Source: Torpedo marmorata (taxonomy: Eukaryota). Taken from it: 64,000 bases of DNA. A program made the position numbers and the translations under genes. Positions 13,227 through 25,215 of the stretch are shown one piece after another. Below the pieces are notes generated by a model that saw only the letters and a program-made list of their open reading frames with translations, was not told where the DNA came from and did not search any database. The stretch lies in the NCBI GenBank assembly GCA_977017645.1, contig OZ360241.1, forward strand, positions 20,336,001 to 20,400,000. The letters are read 5' to 3'. Within the stretch, counting starts at the first letter, position 1. Each line of letters starts with the position of its first letter.

Positions 13227-13426
13227 TGCTGCCCAATTTACACCCAATTAACCTACACCCCCGGTACATTTTGAACGGTGGGAGGAAACCGGAGCCCCGG
13301 GGAAAACCCACACAGACACGGGGAGAACATACAAACTCCTTACAGACAGCGCGGGATTCGAACCCCGGTCCCGATCGCTGGCGCTGTAAAGGCGTTGCGC
13401 TAACCGCTATGACAACCATGCGCCCT
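13227..13426 (-). mobile_element. tRNA-derived V-domain SINE (HE1-like), abutting the 5S copy, 3' tail missing
   Basis: A-box-like TAGCGGTTAG, B-box GGTTCGAATCC and V-domain GTTTGTATGTTCTCCCCGTGTCTG..GGTTTCCTCCCAC. Confidence 0.85.
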
Positions 13427-13430
13427 AAAT

Positions 13431-13549
13431 AGCCTATGGCACCTGGCATTCCCAGTCGGTCTCCCATCCAAGTACTGACCAGGCCTGAGCCTGCTTAGCT
13501 TCCGAGATCAGACGAGATCGGGCGTTTTCAGGCTAATATGGTCGTAGGC
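13431..13549 (-). rRNA. Dispersed full-length 5S rRNA copy (probable pseudogene or head of a composite SINE)
   Basis: Reverse complement is GCCTACGACCATATTAGCCTGAAAACGCCCGATCTCGTCTGATCTCGGAAGCTAAGCAGGCTCAGGCCTGGTCAGTACTTGGATGGGAGACCGACTGGGAATGCCAGGTGCCATAGGCT (119 nt). Box A and box C are intact. Single copy, no T4 terminator. Confidence 0.93.
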
Positions 13550-16500
13550 AATCTCCCTCCCCCCCCCCCCCCCACATCGACGTGATCTACCGGGATCGTT
13601 GTCTGAAGAGGGCGTGTAAAATCATTGAGGGCCCCTTCCACCCTGCACACAGCATCTTTCAGCTGCTCCCATTGGGGAAGAGATACAGGAGTATCAAAGC
13701 CAGCACCACCAGGCTGAGGAACAGCTTCTTCCCACGGGCAGTGAGAATGCTAAACGACCAAAGGAACTGCTCACACTAACCATCCGAGACTCTCATATTC
13801 AGGGAATATTTATTTATTTATGTACTATAGATGAAATACTTGTCCTGCATATGTATTGTTTGTCTGTATGTGTGTTATGTCTGGTTGTGTGTCTGCATGT
13901 TTTGCACTGAGGATCGGAGAATGCTGTTTCGTCGGATTGTACGTACAATCAGATGACAATAAACTTGGCTTGACTTGACTTAAATACATCAGTGCAAAGT
14001 TAGGTACACAATCTGGAGAATATGCCCACTATTACAGTGCCAGTTTGAATCCGCCACTGTTTGTTAGGAGTTTGTATGTTCTCCCCGTGACCTGGCGTAT
14101 GGGGTTAGTTGGTTAATTGGTCATATGGGTATATTTAGGTGGCGTGGGCTTGTGGGCCGGGAGGGCTGTTACCATGCTGCATCTCTAAAATTAAAATTAA
14201 AATTACTTGCAATTCAATAATATCTATTTGATATACAATTAGCTTTGGGCTAACTATGGTGCTAGAACACCGTGCCTCATTTTATGTACAGTTGGCAGAG
14301 TTTCCGGAGCTTGCTTTGGAGAGATTCAGGGAATGTTCTGCACTGTCGTGGGGCTCTACTTTAACTGCACCATCCTTCTCCTACCTGCAAATATACCGTT
14401 TATGAACCATTTCCACTTTAAAGGCCTCTCGTGATTCAATACACTTTTGTTTGTGAAGCTTTGATTTAATTTACCAAAACCAGATCTCCTTTTATCCCAT
14501 TGAAATTATCCCTTCTCCAATTGATTGCACTTGCTTCATTGGTCAGGGCATCGAGTAGTGGAGCAGGGATGGCATGATACAATTGTACAAGATGTTGGTG
14601 AGGCCACATTTAGAGTACTGTGCACTCATCTAGTCATCAAGCGATAGGAGAGATATAATTAAGCTGGAAAGGGTACAGAAAAGATTCACAAGAACGTTAC
14701 GGGGACTGGTGGGATTCAGTTATGAGATTAGGCTGGGACATTTCTCTCTGGAGTGTAGGAGGCTGAGGGAAGACCTTATGGGTGCGTGAGGAGCATGGAT
14801 AAATAGTTATGGTCTGTTTCCCAGGGCAAGGAAATCTAAAACTAGAGGGCAAAGATTTAAGATGAGAGGGGTAAGATTTAAAGGGGATGTGAGGGGCACT
14901 TTGTTCACACAGAAGTTGGTGGGTTTATGGAACAAGCTGTCAGAGGAAGTGGCAGAGGCAGATAAAATTGTAACATTTAAAATACATTTGGACAGGAACA
15001 TGGATTGGAAAGTTTAGAAGGATATGGACAGATGCAGGCAAATGGGACTAGCCTGGGTACGTAACTTGGTCGGCATGAACAAGTTGGGCTGAAATGGCCT
15101 GTTTCTGTGCTGTAAAACTCCATGGCTCTACGATTGACTCCAAAACAATCTATACATTTGCTGATGACACCATTGTTGTTGGCTGAATAATGGGAAATAA
15201 TGAGTCAAAAATCTGGTTCTGATGTCAGAACAACAATCTTGTTCTCAACATCAGCAAGTCCAAAGAGCTTATTGTGGAAATTCTGCCTGGCCTGCAGGAA
15301 AAAGAATCTCGGGGTTGTATGTGATGTCATGTATGTCCTCTGACAATAAACCTGAACTTTGAACGTTAATCTTTCAACTTTAGGAAGGGGAGGCCGAGAC
15401 ACCTGTCCTCATTGACAGGATGGTGATGGAGAGGGTTAGTACTTTCCAACTTCCTTGGACCTCATATATCGGAGGACAACACATTGAAATAATCGTGAAA
15501 AATGCATTCCAATGCTTCAATTTTCTAAGATGTTCTGAGGAGATTTGGTATGTTGTTGAATATTCTATCCAACCTCTACAGATGCCCTGTGGAAAGTATA
15601 CTGACTGGTTGCATCATAGCCTGGTTTAGAAACTCAAGTGCCCAGGAATACAGAAGGGTGCAAAAAATGGCAAACCTAGCTAAGTCCATCATGGGCACTG
15701 AATTCTTGACTATTGAACACATCTATGTGAGGCAGCCAACTTCATAAAGAATCCACATCACCCTGGTCACAGCCTCTTCTCACTACTACCTTCAGTTATT
15801 TATTTATAGGTTGCATTGAAGCCCAACTTGGCATTTAATATTTATTATCTCTTTTTCTGTCTTGCATTTGTGGGAATTTAATGTTTTACTATTGTAATTG
15901 GTGTATCTTATGTACCCGTTTGGCTGCAGCAAGAAAGAATTTTGGTGTATTTGTACATTGTACTTACATGTATGACAATAACCTCACATTAAACATTGAA
16001 ATAGATATCAGAGAATTACGTTTATTTGCAGATGGAGATTTTCTCAAGATTGTACCAATGCTGAAAACCTGTCATTAAATGTTTTTCTTCAGATGGTATG
16101 AGCTTGCAAACACAGATTACCTCAGCTACACTAAGTTTTTGGAACAAGGTACAGGTGCATTCTGTTTGTATTTATTCTCTCTTTTTAATTCAATTAAGTC
16201 TATACTTGAAGTTTTTTTTTTACAAGGTTTTGTGTTTTTTTTTACAAAGTACCTGTTTTGCTGCAACAAGTAAGAATTTTGGTGCATATGTACAATGTAT
16301 ATGACAGTAAACTCATTATCATTGCACAATCATGGACTGATACTCTGTGAGCAATCCCTCAGCTGGTCAGCAGTGATTCCTTGGCTGAGGACCATAAAGG
16401 ATCAATTATTATCCTGATCTTGCTGTCGTGTGTCACCCAGATCTATTTGACCTTGAGAACATCCGTGATATTGTTTTAATATGGTGGCACCAGTTTGAAG

Positions 16501-18417
16501 GAAGGCTGAAACAATGAGGGAATCTGGAGAATTTGAGATTTGAAAGCACAGCCAATCATAGGCTGGGTGTCAGGAATCCTGTCCAATTGCTGAGGACTTC
16601 CTGGCCAGCTGGTATGAGAGGAATTTCAGTGGAAGTAAATCAAAACCATTGGAACAATTGCCAAGGAATATCAGGCCATCTTCACTTTACAGTTTGGGGA
16701 TGTTGCTTTATGAAAATTGGCTGCAGTGCTTCCTCCATAACAAAGGAGAGAGCATTTGCCAAAGGCTTGTTTTGGGTAATCTTGGGATATGAAAGGCCTG
16801 TATCAGTATGTATTCTTCCCAGAAGATGCCAGTTGGAAGCGTATGGGCAGGGAGATGATAGAGGGTCACAAGAAGGAATTATAAAGGTGAACACTAATGT
16901 AAGGTGATTGGGATCTGAGCGCACGATGAAGGCCACTGTCAGAAAGAAGGGGTTGAAGAACTGGTAAGCTCCCCCTAGGGGCAGAATGATTCACAGAGTG
17001 AATATACAAATGCATGTAGCAGTGGGGTTAGTCTGGGCTGAGATTATGGACAAATTTATTCCAGGTTAAAATCCATTTTGAAAAATGAAAAATTTAGTGT
17101 GAAAAATTATTTAGATTTTTTTCAATCTTCCCAATTTTTGGAGGATCTGATCCTAGATTGAAAGAAATGAATGACACCAACAAATCATATCTGAACTATC
17201 TTCAGAAAAATCCTAAATACTTTGTGGTTTCTTTGAAGGTTAGTCGATGTTATTTTGGGACCACAATTAGGTAGGTATTTACACATGGCAGAATGAAAGA
17301 AATGATGTCAAGCTAGAGAGGGTGCGGAGATGATTCACGAGGACGTTGCCAGGACTCAGGGCCCTGAGCTATAGGGAGAGGTTGAGCAGCCTGGGGGTTT
17401 ATTCTTTGGAGTGCAGGATGATGAAGTGTGATCTCATTGAGGTGTACAAAATTATGAGAGGAATAGATCAGGTGAATGCAGAGAGCCCTTTGCCCAGAGT
17501 AGTGGAAATCGATAACTATAGATTTAAAGTTGGGGGGTGAGAGATTCAACAGGAACCTGAGGGATAACTTTTTAATAGAGGGTGGTGGGTGTATGGAACA
17601 GGTTGCTGGTGGAGGTGGTTGAGGCAGGTCCTATTGCAATGTTTAAGAAAAAATTGGACGGATACATGGATAGGAAGGGTTCAGAAGGATATGGGCCAAA
17701 CGCAGGCAGGTGGGAGTAGTTTGACTGGGTCATTTTGGTCAGCATTGGCAAGTTGGGCTGAAGGGCCTGTTTCCCATGCTCTGTGACATGGGAAGATGGC
17801 GCTAATCAGAGTTGGTAATATTGGTTGAAATATTGGTTGAAAAATAAACAATGTCTTTATCCATGTGCAAAGGCTGAAGAACATGGACTGTTAAGATAAG
17901 GTTAAGAACTTCGATAAATCCTGGATTTCTATGAATTTCTATGACTTGGATTAGCTGAAATGTTGGCATCTTGAGTTGAAGGTTGCTGATGGAAGCATAA
18001 GGAAGATTTTTTTTTTTTTTGCAGAGCTGATATAATTTGGAATTTACTGCCAGAGATGGGAGTGAAAGCAGATTCAAAAGTTGTCATCAGAAGGGAGTTA
18101 AAGGGACGTGAAGAGAATTGGTTACAGCATTACAGGTGGCTTCATTCTCTCAAAGAACAGTCCAAAGGACCACTGGCAGAATCGCGGGTGCATTGAAGAA
18201 CCACACTTCCAAAAATGTAATTGTTTATTAAGTTTCTGACATCTTTACTGGAAAGCTCCCCCCCACCCCCGTGTTTTTTTTTATACACTGAAACTGTGCT
18301 ATTTACCCTGAGCTGATGAGATCGTTATCTTGCGATCTAATCTTTTAACTCTTTCGAGCCCCACCCCTGAGGCAGGAGGCAGTATTTGTCTCAGACTTGC
18401 GTGAGCTCTCTCCACAG

Positions 18418-18580
18418 GTCCCAGCAACCTCAAGCCGAGTCTACGACAAATACAGACTGCTCCACTGCGAGATTGAAGAGTTCGTAGAAAGTGAAAGATA
18501 AAATAAACTCACAGCTGTAATAAGTCATCTCATTAAAATTCATGACCCTTGAAAAATAAAAATAATTATTCCACTAAAAG
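18418..18580 (+). CDS. Candidate terminal exon of the same unidentified gene
   Basis: Acceptor ctctctccacag|; phase-1 frame (G)PSNLKPSLRQIQTAPLRD-TGA ending 18476. AATAAA at 18502 and 18555, then a U/GU-rich tract. Confidence 0.3.
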
Positions 18581-19759
18581 GGCAAGTGTCATAATTAATG
18601 AAATTGCTTATATTTTGCGTTTTCTTTTTACATTTGTTTTGTAAATTACTCCGACTTCTTTTCTAGGACACTTGGGTTGGCTATGGTTTTATTACCCCAA
18701 TGGAATGAGGGCGTGGAGGTCCGTTCAACAGCAGCTGTTGAGAGATCCTTGAAAGGAGGGGAAAGTGGCTGGCACTCTCAAAGAAGCCATCACATGCACT
18801 GTGAGGAGAATGGCCTCTTCGCCAGTTGAACAATTTCACACAGGTGATTAATCTTGGTTTGCCCTCGGAAAGGTGGGGTGTGCTTTCCAGCAGGCAGTAA
18901 GTAAGTAGCTCTGCCATCGCCCACACCTGGGGATTGAGAATGGGGAAGTGAAAGCTTCAGAATAAGATCTACGCACTTTCACCCCCATGGGATCAACAAC
19001 AAATCAAAGAGATAAAAGTGTATCTGGACTGCAGTGCTGTCGATAAGAGAAATGGGGTTGTAAGTTTTCAAGAAGTTAGTGAGTCTCCTCGCAGCCTAAT
19101 GTTTAAAACCATTCCGGGGGCGCCTGTCATCATGGTTTCCTTTTGTAGACGAAAGACATTAGATATGATTTTGTACTCGTTCGGTTGCTTCTGAACTCCA
19201 ACCCACAGCCTATTTCATAGAAAGCTATCACCTACCTTTATAGATAGTGCGATTTGGATTTTTTTAAACCATGATTATGAATCGTTATTTGTAGTCCATT
19301 GGATAGTCCATAAGCGTTTAGGTTATGGGATGGTCAGTTCAAACAGCAGATGCCAACCGCTTGGAAGTATTTTTTTTTTAACGAGAAAGTGGTGTTGAAC
19401 TGGTGCCTGGGCGAGGTGACCCGGGGATGGGCACCCTCCGCAGACCCCGCCCGCACTTTATTGTCCAGCTACGTTTTATCGGTAAAAATCAAACGGCGGA
19501 CCCGCTGACCAGAAATGCCACCGTGGGATTCCACAGAAGGAATACATACAGAGCAGGCTCCTATTCTTTGACGGAGCTGTCCAAATGGATGCTGTCTCCT
19601 CATTGCCCTGCGGATCTAATGATTGACCTGATATCAGTAAAGACATTGAAAATCCTCCGAAGTAGATAATGTGTTATGGCGGTGAGCCGAAAACTTTATG
19701 TGAAATGCATTGGTTGTTGTTTTTAAAAAAATGTAGGCGGGTTGAAATTAACTCACTCT

Positions 19760-19840
19760 TTATATTTATATAATATTATAATTTTAATACAAAATAATAT
19801 ATTTATAGAAACATGAAAAATACAATTCTCAATTACAAGA
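19760..19840 (-). terminator. Probable 3' end (polyadenylation region) of the KLF transcript
   Basis: Very AU-rich block about 700 nt after the stop codon, with ATTAAA at 19783-19788 on the minus strand and several TGTA motifs. Confidence 0.4.
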
Positions 19841-20511
19841 CATCTAGCCCTGTATAGTGTAAATCGGTGGTGGGCAGATGTGCACCACACAGATCCTCGC
19901 TGCTCTTTGCTGGGTTCAACCCCAGTGGTCGTCAGACAAACGCAACATTCGCTCAGACCCGAGGGTCACCTCAAGACTCAAAACAAAAGAACACTCATTA
20001 AAGATTAGAAAAAAATCGTTTCGAAGCGTATTACGCGGCTACCAACTGAGGCAGTGAGATGAGCCGAGTTCCATAAATGAACCGAATTACCTCAGTTACT
20101 AGAAAGTGACGAATATCGGAAACTTTCTTTGTGTAACCTCGTCAAAGCCCTTCACATAATTGGCAAGATCTGCTTCGGGAATACAAGCACGTCGCCCAGT
20201 CTGCATGTCTAACCATTCATTAATTTACCGAGCGAGTTCGGAGACACGCGTCTCCTCTGACCGGCTCCCGCTGATCCTCTCTGGATTGTGGCGAGTTCCA
20301 GGTATCGACACCTCCATCCGTCCGTCCGTCCCGACGCCTCCAATCGCAGCCCATCTCTAGGGCGGTAGTACCAGCTACAGATCCCCAAAATGAAATGTTC
20401 GCCTCGCTTTCGTCGTTCGTGAGTTCTTAAATAATGTCTTTTTGCTTGTGAGGAAACACATTTGGTAAATGTCTTTCATGTTCTCAAGTTAAACAGAGAG
20501 TCTCTGTTCCC

Positions 20512-20721
<210 letters not shown>

Positions 20722-21123
20722 TCATCAGCTCTGGACAATTGAGACGAAAAATCGGAGGCGGCGGGTGCTGGGATTTGGAGAGAGAGGAGCAAAAGCGAGG
20801 CGTTGGAGGAACTTAGCGGGTCAGGTAGCATCCGTGGAGGGAAGCAGACGGGTTGGCGTTTCGGGTGGGGGAGCCTTACTTCCCTCACGGACACTGCCTA
20901 CATTCCTCCAGCACTTCGATTTTTTAAAAAAATCAAAAAAAATCGTTTCGCCTTAAAAATAAATCTCTGCAGAAAATCTCACTGCAGATCTGCACGAAAT
21001 GCAAGTGGGCTGTAGCACACCTGTATCTCCAGAGGCGCCTGGTTAAAGGGGCGAGGAGTTCTCCCTTTACTCAATGGGCACCGATCCCCTCCCGCTCCCC
21101 ACGTTAGTCAGGGGACAGCCTAC

Positions 21124-21979
21124 CTGTGTGTGTCCTGAGGTGGGCTTTGAGGTGCGAGCTCTTGGTGTAGGTCTTGCCGCAGCCGCCGTAGGTACAGGTG
21201 TGCGCCGCTGTCCGCTTCCTGGGCCAGGAGCGCCGGCCTCGCTTGGGTTTACTGTCCAGAAGTTCAAGGGGGGAGGACGGAGGAGTCAGCATGGTCCGCG
21301 GAGCCGGGTTAGGCTGAAGGTGGACCGTGTCGTCAAAGAGGCCGTACTGGTTGGGGTAGCCCACCTGGTGGTGGGGGAAGGAGTAGGCGGTCTGGTAAGG
21401 CAGGTTGGCAGCGCACATCAGCTGCGACTGCAGCCCTTCGGAGTTCATCAGGTCGCCCGGGCTGAGAGGAGGGGTGACGCTGCCGCCGCCGTGCGCTGGG
21501 CTGCTCAGCCGCTGCTGCTGCTCGTTGTACGCCACCATGCACGACATGGGATCCTCCTGTTTGATCCTGAGGCAAGCGGGACTTGACATCATGCCCAGTG
21601 GCTCCCCGTAGCTCCCCATCGCCGGCTGCTCGGCTTTGGGAACTTTGGCCAAGGCTTCAGCCGGGAAGGAGTGGGTGAGCACGAAGCGCCCTTGGATGGT
21701 GTTGGGTTGGCAGTATTCCGGGGAGGTGTTCAGCAGCTCGTCCATCATGCTGCCTCCTTGGGGCACGCCGGCCGTGTGGAACTGGTCTTGGGACGCGTAG
21801 GCATCGCACTCGTTCTTATAGTACTGGACATTCTCTTCGGTGAACACGAGGTAGTCGGCGGAGTTCGTCCCGCCGGAGTGGGATAAAATAAAATCCATAT
21901 CCAGGAGGCCAAAGTCATCATCACCATTGATGTCTCGGATGAAACACCCCGAATTCCCGGCTCCAGGGTCGCTTTTCCA
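21124..21979 (-). CDS. klf2: Kruppel-like factor (KLF2-like), coding exon 2: activation region, NLS and zinc finger 1
   Basis: Acceptor ttttattttcaccgaag|TGG is in frame with ORF 21104..21898. Encodes [45 protein letters not shown] and C2H2 finger [24 protein letters not shown]. Donor ACAG|GTAGG, phase 1. Family call is very secure; KLF2 versus KLF1 is about 0.65. Confidence 0.93.
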
Positions 21980-22141
21980 CTTCGGTGAAAATAAAAGAAC
22001 ATAGCGTTAAACATCCTTCTACTTACTTTTCGTTAAAAAAACCATTTAAGCTTGCTTGAGTATATGTCAAAAAAAATCACTGCAACCAATCGTAATACAT
22101 GTGTTTTCATTACTTCCAAGTTTGTCAAAAGTTTTACTTAC

Positions 22142-22222
22142 ATCGAAGTAGTCTTGCTTGTCATAGACTTTAGGGGTTGCAAATGTAGAGATGGACGGCA
22201 AAATTGTGCCGCTCAAAGCCAT
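22142..22222 (-). CDS. klf2: Kruppel-like factor (KLF2-like; KLF1/2/4/17 group), coding exon 1
   Basis: ATG at 22222 reads MALSGTILPSISTFATPKVYDKQDYFD (27 codons), then a GT donor (GAT|GTAAGT), phase 0. MAL..ILPS.STF is the conserved N-terminus of KLF1/2/4/17. The exon is too short for the ORF track. Confidence 0.9.
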
Positions 22223-22339
22223 CCCTGCCTCTGGCGAAAAGGGTTTGTCTTTTTTTTTAAAACGAAGTTTGCATGTATGTTGAAGTCGGTATGACCTTGT
22301 CTGGGAGTGTCGGCACGGTTTTAGCAGAGCACGGTGCGC

Positions 22340-22860
22340 CCTCCGATTAAGTACTGGTTTTGAGTTGTGCTACGGGGACGTCCGATTGGTAGGATGGAGC
22401 TGCGAGTTTGAGCCAATTGCAGCTGCCTCAGGAAACACGTCCAGGATGAGAATCGTTCGCGAGTAAATGTCCTAAATATAGCAGTAGTATATAAAGCACT
22501 GGTCGGCAGAGCGAGAAGCTGACCGAGGCGCCTTCTCCTCTTCTTTAAAGCTGTCAGGATTTGCTTCGTCTCCATAGGGACGCAGCAAAACAACACACAC
22601 ACACATACACACTGCTGGACCGACGCCAAGGTGACGCAAGACATGCTGACACACACCACATCACCCGGTGTTAGGAGGATTTATAAATAAACCTCGGGTT
22701 CTCCCAGCCTGGTGTTTGTAAATAACACGGTGCCGGCGCCTGCAGTCCGCACAGGACGGCCCAGGTTAAAAATAACAGCGGTGAGCACACCGAGATAGGG
22801 GGTTGTAGACGACGGCCAGGGCCCGGGCTCGGGCCGAGCACACAGAGATAGGGGGTTGAG
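22340..22860 (-). promoter_or_regulatory. CpG-rich proximal promoter of the KLF gene
   Basis: CpG-rich and repeat-free. CCAAT boxes at 22385-22389 (minus) and 22413-22417 (plus), CRE-like TGACGCAA at about 22632, FOX-like GTAAATAACA at about 22717, second MEF2-like TTAAAAATAA at 22766-22775, short (CA)n at about 22592-22612. Confidence 0.6.
22471..22497 (-). promoter_or_regulatory. Conserved KLF2-type proximal promoter element with a MEF2 site
   Basis: Minus strand reads GCTTTATATAC-TACTG-CTATATTTAGG. CTAAATATAG (22472-22481) fits the MEF2 consensus CTA(A/T)4TAG. Layout matches the mammalian KLF2 element GGCTTATATAC-CGCGG-CTAAATTTAGG as recalled. Confidence 0.75.
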
Positions 22861-23504
22861 ATTCGGGGCTCAGGCAGGGGTTGTGGTGAGGGGAAACGCG
22901 ATCCCCACCTTGCCAATTCTACAACCCCAACAGATGAAGTTTAGTGCTTTCTGCCTTGGACCGACTAAATACACTGTAGTTGTGCTTTTTGTTTCAAACT
23001 AAGGCGATAAGCCGTGGTTGCCTGGTGTAGTTCAGACAATATTGGCCATTTGTTGATGTGAGCGTCATTTATTCAACGAGAAAATAAAATCCAGAGGGAA
23101 AAGTTAATGCCGAACACATTCGGCAGAGGGGGCTCCCGTCTTCTCACTCTCACCGATTCCACTCTTGAAGGGTCACCCCAAGGTACAGGGACATACACAA
23201 TCTCGGTTCCACTCAACACTCCCCGTACTGGCCCGTCCCCCTGCATCGAGTCATCTGCTCAGGAAAATCTCTGACAGCCTCTCGCCTACGTGCAGGACAG
23301 GAGGGTGGACACCTGCCTGGTCAGTTTAGACAAGGAGAAGGTCCTCGACCCCATATGGCACACGTACACGCTCTCCAAAGTGGGCTTTGGGGAGGGAATC
23401 CGAAATTGGCTTAAACTGCTCTACACGGACATCCATAGTGCAGTTCAAATCAATGGGGTGGAAACAGATAGCTTCCCCATCAAGTCTGGAGTCAGGCAGG
23501 GTTG

Positions 23505-23584
23505 AGCTGTCTGACCTGTTGAGTTTCTCCAGCATTTGTGTTTTTTACTTCAACCACGGTGTCTACAGATTTTCATGATTTACT
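23505..23584 (+). mobile_element. 80-bp Penelope-tail insertion with a perfect 15-bp TSD
   Basis: AGTCAGGCAGGGTTG at 23490-23504 and at 23585-23599 flanks TGACCTGTTGAGTTTCTCCAGC.., which matches the tails at about 32555, 48725 and 57757. Confidence 0.85.
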
Positions 23585-25215
23585 AGTCAGGCAGGGTTGC
23601 CTGCTCTCTCCTGCCTTGTATGTGTTCTGCACAGAGCCCTTTGCTGAATCCATAGGAATGATGAGGGCATAAGAGGAATGACGTTGCCAGGTTGTGGAGA
23701 CACTCACGTCAAAGCCTCCCTGTACATGCACGACATTGCAGTCTTATGTTCACAGATCGGTCCACAGACTGATCAGCATCTGCCGCCAGTGTGAGTCCGC
23801 ATCGTGCGCCAGTGTAAACCGGAAAAAGAGCGAGGCAGTGTTCTTCGGTAAGTGGTCCGACCGGTCCACCATCCCCTTCACAGTCAGATCTGACTACCTG
23901 AAGGTGTTGGGCATCTGGTTTGGAGGGGCCAAAGCATGCAACAAAAATTGATCAGAGCGGATCACAAAGGACCACCAGAAATGGGGTCTGTGGGTACGGT
24001 GCTCCCTCTCAATAACACAGAAGAACCTGGTCATCAAGTGCAAGGTGCTCTCGGTACTGCTGTACGTGGCACAGGTGTGGCCCATCCTCTGTACCTTTGC
24101 CGTGGCGGTCACCAGATCAGTCTTCCGGTTCATATGGGGATCCAAGATGGAAAGAGTCCGAAGGGTCGCCATGTACAAGTCGCCAGACAACGGGGCCCCT
24201 AATCCTGATGATCACCTTTGTGTATGGTTGCATCAGGCTGTGCGTGGAACCAACGTACGAGGGAACCAAGTGCCACTATGTGCTGAGGTTCTATCTGTCC
24301 CCGGTGTTGCGAAGGATGGGCCTGGTCCCATTGCTGTGCAGTGTCCCAGTCAGCTGGACATTGCCACACTACCTATCTTTCGTGGAAACGTTTTTCCAGA
24401 TAAACACCTTTGACCACAAGGCCATCAGGCAGTGGTCAGTATGGAACATCCTGCAGATACTGAGGGACAAAGTCTCGATGGATACTGTGGAATGGTTCCT
24501 TGAGCAGATTGTCCAGGTCATCTGGCGGAATGCCTCATCACCAGTGCTCACTAATAAGCACCAATACTTGGCCTGGGTGGCAGTGAGAGGAGTCATTCTG
24601 GTCAGATCCTTCCTGTATGACAGAAATATCACCTATAATGCACGTTGTCCCCGAGACAACTGCAGTGGAGTAAGACAGTTACCCCCCTCTTTGCAGAATG
24701 TGGATTTGCTAAGAGTGTGTGGAGAAGGATGCAGGGGTCCTTGTCACGGTTCATCCCCAGCAGCAGCGTGACAGAGGACTCTATAATTTACGGGCTGTTC
24801 CCAGGATGTATGCAGAAACAGACATCCGGAACTGCTGGAAGATTATCGATTCGGTGAAAGATGCCCTTTGACCTGCCCGAATCTTGTTGACCTTTCAGCA
24901 CACCGAGATATCGGTGAGGTAATAATGCCGACTGGCACATTCCAGGCTGCAGGAGTACGTACTGAGGGACACACACAGGCTTGGCACAGCCAATGCGAGG
25001 GCTTTGTGGAGAAGGCCCACAGTCTAAAGTCCTCTCGCTTCCGGGCTTTGAGGGGCTGAGACTGAGAGGAAGTCCATCAAACAGAGGGGGCAGTAACTAC
25101 AAGCTGCCACAATGGTGGCAATGGTAAATAGAGAATGAATGTAACAATGTACATTGATGGAAACATTTGAATAAGACACCAAGGATGTGAATGAACGATT
25201 TTACCTTTGTAAGTA

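Larger units (their letters stand above)
12790..13982 (+). mobile_element. Rex1-type LINE fragment hosting the 5S-SINE insert
   Basis: KFADDTTVVG motif, 3' ORF 13582..13779 and (GACTT)n tail. Collinear with 60790-61740 apart from the insert. Confidence 0.85.

Noticed and set aside
21074-21586. 170-aa plus-strand ORF and other ORFs overlapping KLF exon 2
   Set aside because: Antisense or alternative-frame shadows of a GC-rich coding exon.
21104-21898. Single-exon 264-aa KLF as given by the ORF track
   Set aside because: It has only one zinc finger. Canonical splice sites link it to exon 1 and exon 3.
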